Shown here: positions 24,494 to 34,001 of the stretch, in pieces
Numbering within the stretch: position 1 is the first letter of the stretch
How the letters are laid out: every line of letters begins with the position of its first letter
Notes under the pieces: model-generated
The model's database searches: none
What the model was told of the DNA's origin: nothing
The model's input: the letters and a program-made list of their open reading frames with translations, nothing else
Position numbers and translations under genes: made by a program
IMG/VR virus record: IMGVR_UViG_3300021962_000061
Coordinates: 25,598 to 89,597 of that record
Direction: 5' to 3' (one strand)
From: a virus
Length of the DNA stretch: 64,000 nucleotides

Positions 24494-25867
24494 TTATGAC
24501 GCTCTCTCTTTAATAAACTGAGAATTAATATCCTTTCTATAATCCTCAATACTTCTTTCATACCCATCTTTAAACAAATCACAAATTGTTACATACTTCT
24601 CAACATCAGTTATCGCATGTACACAGCTGCCGACTAAAAACTTACCACTTATAAAAAAGTCAGATTCTTCTCTTGGTTCACCAGCTGCCTGGTTAATTTT
24701 AATGTTGATAATGTCGCCAGGTTTCAATCTTGGGTTACCTAGCAGTACTACAGTCATTACTGTTTGGTTTAGTAGAGCTTTTTGTGCTATTGCTAAACTT
24801 GTAATTGAACCAATATATTCATTGGTATTATCGTAGGCAACACCACTACATCTAATAAACAAGCTTGGTTCTTCGTTTGTTTCTCTTTGGTCATTATTGA
24901 CATCGCCTACAAAATTTGTCATTTCTTCCTTGTCCATCAATAAGTTTTGACCAAGGAGTAAAACATTTTTAGTTTCGTTTCTTATATCAAACGTTGTTTC
25001 CTCAATTGTTCTTCTTACAAAGTCAAACACAACAGTTTTGTTTTTAAGAGAACCCATCATTATTTTTTTTCTTTGGTCAGTGGATTCGTGATGAACAAAT
25101 TCCTGAATTCTAAAATAGTCGTTTGATGCACTTGTTTGATTTCTGTTCTTTTCGGGTGAGAAGATATAATTAAATGAGTTACCACTAGCCACAATATCAG
25201 CTAGTGGCTTGAAGTATATTTTATCTCTTGTTTCATAAAAGAAATAATTGCCTTTCTTGTCATCATTTTCAGAAATACAATGCTTACTGATTTCTTCTAT
25301 CGCTGCAAACGGTGGCTTTGACGATATAGTATATGTTAAGGCTCCAAATGTGTTAGCAAAGTTTTCTGGTTGTATTTGATCTGGGGTCGGTGTCAAAAAT
25401 TCCTCACACATATTTTTGACAATATCGCTAGCTCTACCTCTATAAGATTTTTTAACAACATTTGTTAAGCTTTTAAATCCAATTTTAGAAACAGCTCTAA
25501 AAGTATATTTTGAACTTTTCTGACCCTCGTTGCGGATCTGACCACCAATTTGTTCAACAACAAATTCTTTAGAAATCTTATCATCAATTGTATCGCTCGG
25601 GTCCTTAAAGATATCAAATCTCAGTATGTCTCCGGGCTGAATACCCAACCGCTGAATAATGTTACCACCGTCCACAAATAATCCCTCAACATACATGAAT
25701 TTAGAAAATAATGATTCGTATATTCTAAAGGTTCTTGCATATGTTGTTAATCCAGTTTCTGTATCTGAATTATTTGTTCTCTTTATGAGGGTTATCTTAT
25801 AACCAAATTGTTCAATCTGTCCCTTTTTGACAACAAATGATTGAACTAGCGATTGTGTTTGGGACAT
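24494..25867 (-). CDS. baseplate hub protein, gp27-like
   Basis: position between gp53 and gp5; IYESLF, FFYET, GNPRLKPGDII, ISGKFLV....H motifs. Confidence 0.65.
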   Translation of the reverse strand: MSQTQSLVQSFVVKKGQIEQFGYKITLIKRTNNSDTETGLTTYARTFRIYESLFSKFMYVEGLFVDGGNIIQRLGIQPGDILRFDIFKDPSDTIDDKISKEFVVEQIGGQIRNEGQKSSKYTFRAVSKIGFKSLTNVVKKSYRGRASDIVKNMCEEFLTPTPDQIQPENFANTFGALTYTISSKPPFAAIEEISKHCISENDDKKGNYFFYETRDKIYFKPLADIVASGNSFNYIFSPEKNRNQTSASNDYFRIQEFVHHESTDQRKKIMMGSLKNKTVVFDFVRRTIEETTFDIRNETKNVLLLGQNLLMDKEEMTNFVGDVNNDQRETNEEPSLFIRCSGVAYDNTNEYIGSITSLAIAQKALLNQTVMTVVLLGNPRLKPGDIINIKINQAAGEPREESDFFISGKFLVGSCVHAITDVEKYVTICDLFKDGYERSIEDYRKDINSQFIKERAS

Positions 25868-26403
25868 TACAAATTAACCTTTTTGAATAGTAGCTCTAAT
25901 TCATTAGTAATATCAAGAGAAAGGGATCTATCTATCAGTCTAATTTTTCTTTTTTCTTCGTTAATAATTAATTCGTATGTGTAATTATCAACAGCACTCC
26001 ACCCACTTCTTAAAACATTAGTTGTATTTTGGTAAGTTGTTTTTGTCATCCAGTAAGAATGATTGTCGCTTCTATAATATAAAGCGTTGTTAATATTGGT
26101 GGCTTGTTCAATACTACCATATTTTTTAGTAATGTACTTGTCGAATTGATTTGAATCAAGAGGCCAATCATAATATGGATCAATCATATCATTAGCAGCC
26201 ATAATTAACCAAACAAAGTTAATTGAACCATAATAGTTGTATGATAATGTTGTTATCTTTTCGTCGTCTCTAATTGTATACGGGTAAAAATTATCAAAGT
26301 TATTAAGAAGGTTTTTTGCCAACTTAGCTTTGAGAATAATATTTCTTACGGAGTGTTCACCGTACTGTACAATTGGAAAATTTTTAAAATATTTCTCAGA
26401 CAT
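25867..26403 (-). CDS. gp53: baseplate wedge protein gp53
   Basis: YF.NFP, Y.I.D.E....LSY.YYG....WLI..AN.MIDPYYDWPL, NEEKRKI. Confidence 0.88.
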   Translation of the reverse strand: MSEKYFKNFPIVQYGEHSVRNIILKAKLAKNLLNNFDNFYPYTIRDDEKITTLSYNYYGSINFVWLIMAANDMIDPYYDWPLDSNQFDKYITKKYGSIEQATNINNALYYRSDNHSYWMTKTTYQNTTNVLRSGWSAVDNYTYELIINEEKRKIRLIDRSLSLDITNELELLFKKVNL

Positions 26404-27368
26404 TAAGTACCTCTGAATCTACTGACTCTATCTCTTACGTTGTCACGTAATCCATTACCTTCTCTCTCACCTCGTGGGAGGGATTCAACAGCCTGGTTAG
26501 GCAATATTGTTACATCACCACCATATGTAACATCAAACACATCACCTCTTAGCTGTTCAATTTCTGACAGCTGTAACTGTAGCTCCACAGCTTGGGGAGC
26601 CCCAATCAGACTTGTGCCTGTGTTTTTAAAGAATGCAGGTTGATTGCTTGGATTGTAATTAACTGTGATACCTTGAATTACACATCTAGCAAAGCCAAAC
26701 AAAGCATTTGTTCCAAAGAATGTGATTTCCACTTCGCTTGGCATTGACAGGAATAATCCCTGACCAACGGGAAGGGATTCTTTTTTGAATCTCGTAATAA
26801 TTTTTTGAATTGCTTCAGAGTCTTCTGGTGTTTCTGGCGTTAGTCTAAAATTTAAATTATGTCTTCTTAATTCAACGTTTTTAAATACAGCTGTTGTGAA
26901 TGGATTAGGAACATTACCTGCTGCAAGGTTTAACGCACCAGCAACAGAGCCTGAAACCTGAGCCAATGTTCTGGCCAAAAACTCAGCATCACCACCAACT
27001 CTACCAGCAAATGTCTTAACTGCCTCGCTAGCGCCAGATTTAGAAAATGCATCACTCACAGCTTCACCACTTTGAATACCAGCAGCTACTGCACCAAGAT
27101 CAACAGTATCATACGCTAAGCTTAGTGTATCAGTGATGTTTTCTGGTAATGGCAGTGCTATATGAGCTTGCGTTAAGTTACGTGAAACGACTTGCTTTTT
27201 AGTATCCGTTGTGCCCCCAAACGATGTTTCAAACTTAACAAATTTGAACAACGTGCCCATGTTCAATTTACTATCAGCAGCTGGGAAAACTGTTTCAGCA
27301 ATGTCATTGACTCTTCTTGCTCTGTTCAATACTGCTGATGGATGATTTCTACTTCCAGGTCCGGCCAT
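26403..27368 (-). CDS. gp48: baseplate tail tube cap gp48
   Basis: IALPLP, NP....VFK.V.LR.H...F.L.P....S..I..II..FK, V.L.L.LSEIE; start reassigned to ATG 27368. Confidence 0.78.
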   Translation of the reverse strand: MAGPGSRNHPSAVLNRARRVNDIAETVFPAADSKLNMGTLFKFVKFETSFGGTTDTKKQVVSRNLTQAHIALPLPENITDTLSLAYDTVDLGAVAAGIQSGEAVSDAFSKSGASEAVKTFAGRVGGDAEFLARTLAQVSGSVAGALNLAAGNVPNPFTTAVFKNVELRRHNLNFRLTPETPEDSEAIQKIITRFKKESLPVGQGLFLSMPSEVEITFFGTNALFGFARCVIQGITVNYNPSNQPAFFKNTGTSLIGAPQAVELQLQLSEIEQLRGDVFDVTYGGDVTILPNQAVESLPRGEREGNGLRDNVRDRVSRFRGT

Positions 27369-27375
27369 ATAAATA
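27368..27375 (+). promoter_or_regulatory. T4-type late promoter TATAAATA driving gp4-gp2-gp54-gp26
   Basis: exact match, 5 nt before gp4 ATG at 27381. Confidence 0.75.
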
Positions 27376-27380
27376 CCTAT

Positions 27381-27824
27381 ATGAGTTATAAGGGGCGTTA
27401 CAAAGTTAAAAATCCACAAAAATACAAAGGTGACCCCACCAATGTTATTTATCGTTCATCTTTAGAGCTTAAATTGATGAACTATCTTGATATGCATCCT
27501 GATGTTCTTGAATGGTCAAGTGAAGAGTTTTTCATTCCTTATATTTCACCAATTGATGGCAGATTCCATAGGTACTTTCCGGATTTCAGTGTGAAGAGAC
27601 GTGATAAGAATGGTAACGTTGATAAAATTGTAATTGAGATTAAACCGTCAACACAAACACGACCACCAGAAAAGAAAAGTAAAGTCACTAGAAGATATAT
27701 TACAGATGTTAAAAATTGGGGTGTAAATAATGCCAAGTGGAAGGCATGCCAAGAGTTCTGCGATGAGAAAAATTGGAAATTTCAAATATTGACAGAACGA
27801 GAAATTAATGGCTACAACTACTAA
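27381..27824 (+). CDS. gp4: head completion nuclease gp4
   Basis: MSYKGRY...NP.KYKGDP..VIYRSS.E, WSSEE..IPY.SP.D...HRYFPDF, IEIKP..QT; start at ATG 27381. Confidence 0.92.
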   Translation: MSYKGRYKVKNPQKYKGDPTNVIYRSSLELKLMNYLDMHPDVLEWSSEEFFIPYISPIDGRFHRYFPDFSVKRRDKNGNVDKIVIEIKPSTQTRPPEKKSKVTRRYITDVKNWGVNNAKWKACQEFCDEKNWKFQILTEREINGYNY

Positions 27825-28422
27825 TAGCAATATTACAGGATTTCAAAAGCTGCTGCAGCAAGCTGCTGATGAGGGTGTTTTATTAGATAACTCTAAAGAG
27901 TCGTTAGAGTGGCTAAGGAAGAAGTACGTAACGATCAAACCATCCGACGTCATAGAAAAGAAGTTTTTATCTGAAACAGATAGAAGGCGAAAAACACCAC
28001 TGCTTGGTAGAATGTACATGTTTTTGTACATGCCAAAATACAGAAATGAATTACCTTACTACGATAGGTTTCCATTAGTATTTCCATTTAGAAGGGTGGC
28101 TGGCGGATTTTACGGATTAAATTTACATTACCTATCACCTAAGTATAGGGCACTGCTAATGGATCCGCTATACAATCTACTTAATAATATGAAGTTTGAT
28201 GAGTCAACTCGGCTGAGAATGACATATGACCTACTTGATAGTTCATCTAAATATAGATGGTTCAAGCCTTGTGTAAAGCATTATCTAACAGAATATATGC
28301 GCTCAACCTTAGTTTATATTGAACCTACAGAGTGGAACCTTGCTTTGTTTGTTCCTTCTGAGCAGTTTAGAAAAGAAAACAAGAGAAATGTTTGGCAAGA
28401 TTCATACAGGTCAATAAACTAA
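27808..28422 (+). CDS. gp2: DNA end protector protein gp2
   Basis: GRMY.F.Y.PK....LPYYD.FPL, GLNLHYL, KPC.KHYL motifs. Confidence 0.9.
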   Translation: MATTTNSNITGFQKLLQQAADEGVLLDNSKESLEWLRKKYVTIKPSDVIEKKFLSETDRRRKTPLLGRMYMFLYMPKYRNELPYYDRFPLVFPFRRVAGGFYGLNLHYLSPKYRALLMDPLYNLLNNMKFDESTRLRMTYDLLDSSSKYRWFKPCVKHYLTEYMRSTLVYIEPTEWNLALFVPSEQFRKENKRNVWQDSYRSIN

Positions 28423-29486
28423 TGGCATTTGATATAGACAAATGGAAGTCAGTTCACACTGCTGGATTTTTAAGATCTTCCAACTACATTGCTTTAATAT
28501 ATCCTCCACAATGGGCCTATGCAGAGTCTGAGAAGTGGTGGGGTCCTGATTTGGCTTATCTTATTTCTGCTACATCTCTACCAGGCGTACAGATAGCCAC
28601 TACAGAAAGCAGATTATATGGTCAAGGCCCATTAGTCAAAATGCCATATGATATCTTAATTACAGATATTCAAATGAAGCTGTATGTTGATGCTACAGGA
28701 AGATCAATTCCCTTTTTCCACGATTGGGTAAGGAATATTGTTAACCTTAGCCACGTACAAAATGAACCTAGATTTGGTGCATTTAGTAATCAAATATCAT
28801 ATAGAAGTGAGTATGCTACAAGAATTGACATACTTGTTTATGGTGATAAGCCTAGAGTAAGTAGTGGCGAATTAGCTGATGGGGCTTTAATGATTTACAG
28901 CCTCTATGACGCATTTCCTGTGTCAGTATCAGAGGCATCATTGGATTGGCAAGCTGGTGGTGAAATAATGACGTTCAATGTTTCGTGGGCGTACAGATCA
29001 TTTGAGTATAAACTGCTTGAAGACGTTGCCCCTACTATTAAGAGCACTGCAGTGAGAATACAGCAACCAAAGAGTACTTCAGCATCAGATGCTGGCACTG
29101 CTCCAACAAGAGTTCCTTTGAATGTGTCAAATCCTACAGTACCTACAGCAGTACCCGTAGATCTTTCTAATGGACCACCACAGGTAAACACAACAGCAAA
29201 GAGACCAGAAAGTGGATTGGCAAGAATTAATAAAACAGCTAGCAACATCAGAGAGAGTTCTCAGAAAGTTAGAACTCAATCCGTATCCTTAATCAAAAAT
29301 GTTGAGAGTGTAATTTATAACAACGAATACATAAAGGCCGCAGAAAACATTGTTGGTACAATCAATGATGTTAGAAAGACAGTTGGCGTTCTAGCAAAAC
29401 TCAATAATACATTGAAGAGTGACCTAAAACAACAACTCACTACAGCTACCGGCGGTAAGAGTTTGAAGAATATTATTAAATTTTAA
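28422..29486 (+). CDS. gp54: baseplate tail tube initiator gp54-like (gp19 family) with C-terminal extension
   Basis: LPG........YG....MPY, FFHDW, L.DAFPVSV....LDW, F.V..AYR; start reassigned to ATG 28422. Confidence 0.7.
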   Translation: MAFDIDKWKSVHTAGFLRSSNYIALIYPPQWAYAESEKWWGPDLAYLISATSLPGVQIATTESRLYGQGPLVKMPYDILITDIQMKLYVDATGRSIPFFHDWVRNIVNLSHVQNEPRFGAFSNQISYRSEYATRIDILVYGDKPRVSSGELADGALMIYSLYDAFPVSVSEASLDWQAGGEIMTFNVSWAYRSFEYKLLEDVAPTIKSTAVRIQQPKSTSASDAGTAPTRVPLNVSNPTVPTAVPVDLSNGPPQVNTTAKRPESGLARINKTASNIRESSQKVRTQSVSLIKNVESVIYNNEYIKAAENIVGTINDVRKTVGVLAKLNNTLKSDLKQQLTTATGGKSLKNIIKF

Positions 29487-29501
29487 CTATTGAGGTGAAG
29501 T

Positions 29502-30191
29502 ATGCCACTACCAAAAATTAACCAACCAATTTTTTCATTAACACTACCATCTACAGGTAAAGCAATTAGATTTAGACCCTTTACTGTTAGAGAAGAGAAG
29601 TTATTGTTGATTGCTCAGGAATCCGGTGAACGTAAAGACATTATCAATGCATATAAGCAACTAATTAATAATTGCTGTATTGATCCAGTGGATGTTGACA
29701 AGTTAGCATCATTTGATATTGAGTACTTCTTTATCAATCTTAGATCTAAGTCTGTTTCAAATATTGCTAAAGTTATGATTACAGATCAAGACGATGGTAA
29801 GCAATACGAAGTAGAATTCAATCTTGATAAAGCTGAAATTGTGAAGAAGAACGATATATCAAACAACATTAAGTTAACTGATAGCATTGGTGTTTTCCTC
29901 AAATATCCAACATTTGAAATGTTATTGAGCCTTGATCTAGAAAAATTAGATACCATTGGTATTCTTCGAAGTTGTATTGATCAAATTTATGAAGGTGATC
30001 AAGTATTTGACACATCAAACTACACTACTAGTGAGATGGATGAATTTATTATGTCACTCAATAAACACCAGATGGAAAAAATTCAAGAATTCTTTGAGTC
30101 ATTACCAAAAATTGTTGCGCGTAGTAAATATGTAACTGCTGAAGGTAATGTCAAAGATATTGTGATTGAGGGCCTCGATAATTTTTTCTAG
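29502..30191 (+). CDS. gp26: baseplate hub assembly protein gp26
   Basis: MPLPKI..P...LTLPSTGK.I.FRPF.V.EEK.LL.A.E, FDIEY.F..LR.KSV, LKYPT, ends EGL.NFF. Confidence 0.88.
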   Translation: MPLPKINQPIFSLTLPSTGKAIRFRPFTVREEKLLLIAQESGERKDIINAYKQLINNCCIDPVDVDKLASFDIEYFFINLRSKSVSNIAKVMITDQDDGKQYEVEFNLDKAEIVKKNDISNNIKLTDSIGVFLKYPTFEMLLSLDLEKLDTIGILRSCIDQIYEGDQVFDTSNYTTSEMDEFIMSLNKHQMEKIQEFFESLPKIVARSKYVTAEGNVKDIVIEGLDNFF

Positions 30192-30382
30192 TCCTGGCTG
30201 GGTATAACAACCTAGCCAATTATTACCAGACTGTATTTGCATTATGTCAGCATCATAAATATTCAATTAGAGATATTGAAGATTTGATGCCTTATGAAAG
30301 AGACATATACTTAACATTATTAATAGATTTTCTTGAAAAAGAAAAGGAAAACTTAAGAAAGCAAGGAATTAGGGACGTATAG
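30182..30382 (+). CDS. gp51: gp51-like baseplate hub assembly domain, probably expressed by -1 frameshift from gp26
   Basis: frame missed by ORF track: (FF)LVLAGYNNLANYYQTVFALCQHHKYSIRDIEDLMPYERDIYLTLLIDFLEKEKENLRKQGIRDV*, matching the NYY..F.L.QHH.YS...E.MP.ER.IY motif; no ATG/GTG/TTG before the motif. Confidence 0.82.
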   Translation, partial: FFLVLAGYNNLANYYQTVFALCQHHKYSIRDIEDLMPYERDIYLTLLIDFLEKEKENLRKQGIRDV

Positions 30383-30385
30383 TTA

Positions 30386-32437
30386 ATGGCTGATAAACCA
30401 CTACCAAATGTAAACCAACAAGATCCAGCCCGAGCTGTTATTCAGGTTAAGCTGGACAGTGGCCAGTTTAAAGTTCTGGATAGAATGGTTTTGTTGTTAA
30501 CTAATGTGTCCGACAACCTCTACAACTTAACAGGGTTTATGGGCGCCCAGCTCACTTCTCTTAAGGAAACGGAAGCTGCACTAAAGGAAATGGCAGCTGT
30601 TGATGAAGGAAAGGAAAGGGAAAAGGCTCTTGAGAAAGAACGAAAGCAGGTACCACAGCAAGAAAAAAAGAACCCATTCCAAAAAATTATAGATTTCTTT
30701 GATAACATTATTAATGTTCTTCTGCCCTTCATTATTGGCTTTTTTATTGGACTGAAGAAAGAAATAGGGCTGATAGCAGCTCTTGCGTTAGTCTTTAGAA
30801 AACAAATATTTTCAATATTTAAACTTGTTTTTGATCAAATAAAGAAAGTAGTCCTTGCTCGGAGTGGGACAGCTGCTACAGATAAAGCGGCAGGAGCAGC
30901 CGGAGCGGCTGGCCAGCAGGTGCCAGAATCACCTGAAGGTAAGGGAGCTAAGGGTGCAAAGAAAGGACCTTCTGGATTAGACAAGTTCCTGGAAGGGGCT
31001 AGAAAGACTGGCAAGGCTATAAAGGACTTGTTCGTAGGTATTGCTGATACTATTGCCAAGGTTCTTGGTAAGCTAGCTGGTGGTATCAAAGATTTTATAT
31101 CAAAAGTTTCACAAGGTATCAAGACGCTTTTACAAAACATCGCCAAAGGTATTGAAAGCTTTGGTAAGGGCAATGTATTAAAGGGTGCAGCTGCTCTATT
31201 GGTTGTATCTGGTGCTCTGTTCGTTGCTGCCAAGGCATTCAAAGAATTTGCAGATGTCAAGTGGGAATCTGTTGCCAAGGGCTTAGTGGGCATTACTGGA
31301 CTTGTTGTCGTAATGAAACTACTAGAGAAAGTAACAGGTAGTATTATTAAGGGTGCTGCAGCTCTTGCAATTATGTCAGGCGCATTATTTATTGCTGGCA
31401 AAGCATTCCAACAATTTGCTGATGTCAATTGGGAAACATTGGCCATCGCTGCAGTTGGTATTGGTGGTCTGGCAGCTGCAATGATGCTGCTTGGTCCAGC
31501 AATTGTTCCTATTACTTTGGGTGCTGCTGCTCTTGGTGTTATGAGCTTGGCGCTAGCTGGGTTTGGAGCAGCTGTACAAGTACTAGCAGCTGGCTTACCT
31601 ACAATTAGTGAATTTATTAAAACTTTGGCTACTATTGATGGTGGAGCACTGCTGCTTGCTGCCTCGGGCATAACGGCTATTGGTGTAGCGTTAGCAGCAT
31701 TAGGTGCTGGCCAGGTTATACAAGCATTGGGTAACTTTGTTTCTGGAATCTTGAGTTTTGGTGAAGAAGACATCTTTACCAAACTAACGAACCTTGGTAA
31801 AGTTGCTGGTGATTTAAATCAATTACCAGCTACACTAGAAGCTCTTGGTGGATTGTCAAACTTCAAAGTCTCAAGTGACTTTATGAAGAATGTTGATATA
31901 CTATCAGGTGGCCTAAAGAAAATAGCTGATGCTGCTAAAGGATTTGAAAACACAGACGATTCTCTAACTGCTTTAGCTAAGATTGCTGGGGCAATGGGTA
32001 AACCTGCTGGTGGCGCCGCTGGCAAACCTGCTGCTACTGGCGGACCAATGTACAGTGAAAAGGATCTTGCTGATCAGAAGAAGCGTTTAGAGATAGCTGA
32101 GAAGGCTGGCGGAAAGGCTGCTATTAGTGTAGAACGTAGTCGACTCCAAAACATGGAGTCCCGAAATAGATTGGCAGCAGCTGAAGGTCCTAATGTTAAG
32201 CCTGTACCAACAGGCGTACCGGGTCAAACATTAAATGCTGAGTCTCAGGCTATTAATAACCGTGCCACTGCTGGCCAGGGGGCAGGCGTTTCACAAAACG
32301 TTGTTGCACCAACTACAACTGTTAACCAAAGTAGCAGTCAAAACTTAAGCACATACCCATCTGCAACACCTGCATTTGGTTCATGGCAAAGCCAATTCTA
32401 CAATCTTGGCTTGTCTGGCCGGCGTCCAGAATTTTAA
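30386..32437 (+). CDS. putative tape measure protein (gp29-like position)
   Basis: 683 aa, Ala/Gly-rich helical with hydrophobic repeats (KAF..FADV.WE twice); follows gp26/gp51. Confidence 0.65.
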   Translation: MADKPLPNVNQQDPARAVIQVKLDSGQFKVLDRMVLLLTNVSDNLYNLTGFMGAQLTSLKETEAALKEMAAVDEGKEREKALEKERKQVPQQEKKNPFQKIIDFFDNIINVLLPFIIGFFIGLKKEIGLIAALALVFRKQIFSIFKLVFDQIKKVVLARSGTAATDKAAGAAGAAGQQVPESPEGKGAKGAKKGPSGLDKFLEGARKTGKAIKDLFVGIADTIAKVLGKLAGGIKDFISKVSQGIKTLLQNIAKGIESFGKGNVLKGAAALLVVSGALFVAAKAFKEFADVKWESVAKGLVGITGLVVVMKLLEKVTGSIIKGAAALAIMSGALFIAGKAFQQFADVNWETLAIAAVGIGGLAAAMMLLGPAIVPITLGAAALGVMSLALAGFGAAVQVLAAGLPTISEFIKTLATIDGGALLLAASGITAIGVALAALGAGQVIQALGNFVSGILSFGEEDIFTKLTNLGKVAGDLNQLPATLEALGGLSNFKVSSDFMKNVDILSGGLKKIADAAKGFENTDDSLTALAKIAGAMGKPAGGAAGKPAATGGPMYSEKDLADQKKRLEIAEKAGGKAAISVERSRLQNMESRNRLAAAEGPNVKPVPTGVPGQTLNAESQAINNRATAGQGAGVSQNVVAPTTTVNQSSSQNLSTYPSATPAFGSWQSQFYNLGLSGRRPEF

Positions 32438-33996
32438 TTATATACACTTAAGTCTGGGTAGCACATAGCCAAAGCATCTTGCTTGGTACCAATTGTTTCC
32501 CTTAGCTTGTTGTTTGTGTTTTTAGTGAACACAGTACACATAAACAGTTGGGCAACACCATCATATCTAAAAACAGCATCCTCTGTATTAGAACCCGTTT
32601 GCAATATCCAGGATGATCCATACGTAGCCACAATTGTATCAATTTGGTTTGGGCTATATGGAAGCTGCTGTAGTTCTGATAGAGCTTGAGCGGAATCAAA
32701 CTGAGTTGTGATCGGATCAGTACTTATATAGCTACTCAAGTACTGCAATGTTGGTACAGTAGTTCCATAATATCTAAACAAGCTGTATGTGTAGCCATTG
32801 CTAGTGGGCTGGTGGCTAACCTGTCTTGAAAATTGTACACCCTGATCCACTTTATTACATCCATATGTTTGAGTTGCATCAACAATTGGCGATCTATAGT
32901 TAAACTCAACAGTTGGTGTGCTAAACGATAACATATTACTACACGTATTGTTCTTTTTAGTAAACACTACACTTCTGTTAGTAAATTTAATAACTCTTCT
33001 GCTATATGAGGATGCTTTGATTAGATTCGTATCAGTTTCAACATTAACTACTTGACATCCATAGATGTTGTCTTCACCGCAAAGCGAATCCACCACTAAT
33101 CCATCATTGCGCAATCTTGTGCCTCTACTAACAAGAAAAACATTACCCGATTCATTCGTAGGCATAGTTAACTGATTACTATACACAGAAAGATCAAATG
33201 ATACAGATTGAGGATTTGTATCAATTATTTGTTTGATGACATCAAAATTAATATTATAGAAGCTCCTTACTTGACCGGTGGCTCCTAAATTCGTTTGTAT
33301 TGATTGAGTAACTCTCTTACTAATCTGCTGATAGGCTGCAAGATAGTCAACTATAAGCTCACCTTTTTGTTGAGCTGCAGTATCATTTGAAAGAATGTAG
33401 TCATTGTAAAATGTCGATATGTCTACGCCTATATCTTTCATTTTTACGGCGAATGATTCCACTTCCTTTTTAGCCAAAGTAGCAACGTTGTTTGACTGAC
33501 TACTGCATCCATCACCAACACTAATGCTTGTGGATGAAACAATATCAGAGATAGCTACTGCAAATAAAGTAGTGAAGGGTGTTAAATTGACATTTGTTTG
33601 ATTTGATCCAACCCAAGACCCAGGTAGGTGAAGCATAGTGTATGGTACACTAACCACTCCTCGATCACTGTCTACAGCTCCTGCGGGAACATTAACAACT
33701 ATTGGTCTGTCTTGCCAGCACTGGAAATTGCTTACCTGTTCTTGTGTAAATTGCCAGCTTCCATCAGATCCGGATACTGTTATTGGTTCACCGGTCTCGT
33801 GACTCATGCTCCAGTTTACATCAATATAGATACTAGCTCCAGAAACATATCCGTCAATAACTTTACCAGCTATTACGGATGGTATTGTCTGTACAGTAGC
33901 TGCTTTAGATAAAGTGGGGGTGGAAGAATTTTCTTCTCCACCCCCACACGATGCTACAACTAGGCACACTAGTATGCCTACTGTTGCTCTGTTCAT
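32434..33996 (-). CDS. predicted lipoprotein
   Basis: signal peptide MNRATVGILVCLVVAS-CGGG (lipobox), then GKVIDGYVSGA.IY.D.N...GEP and VNLTPFTTL motifs of proteobacterial lipoproteins. Confidence 0.7.
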   Translation of the reverse strand: MNRATVGILVCLVVASCGGGEENSSTPTLSKAATVQTIPSVIAGKVIDGYVSGASIYIDVNWSMSHETGEPITVSGSDGSWQFTQEQVSNFQCWQDRPIVVNVPAGAVDSDRGVVSVPYTMLHLPGSWVGSNQTNVNLTPFTTLFAVAISDIVSSTSISVGDGCSSQSNNVATLAKKEVESFAVKMKDIGVDISTFYNDYILSNDTAAQQKGELIVDYLAAYQQISKRVTQSIQTNLGATGQVRSFYNINFDVIKQIIDTNPQSVSFDLSVYSNQLTMPTNESGNVFLVSRGTRLRNDGLVVDSLCGEDNIYGCQVVNVETDTNLIKASSYSRRVIKFTNRSVVFTKKNNTCSNMLSFSTPTVEFNYRSPIVDATQTYGCNKVDQGVQFSRQVSHQPTSNGYTYSLFRYYGTTVPTLQYLSSYISTDPITTQFDSAQALSELQQLPYSPNQIDTIVATYGSSWILQTGSNTEDAVFRYDGVAQLFMCTVFTKNTNNKLRETIGTKQDALAMCYPDLSVYN

Positions 33997-34001
33997 TTTT
34001 T

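Noticed and set aside
27342-27419. Overlapping 5' extensions of gp48 and gp4 in the ORF track
   Set aside because: Better starts at 27368 and 27381 remove the overlap and leave the late promoter between them.
30835-31782. 315-aa minus-strand ORF
   Set aside because: Antisense to the Ala/Gly-rich tape measure candidate; a typical shadow frame.
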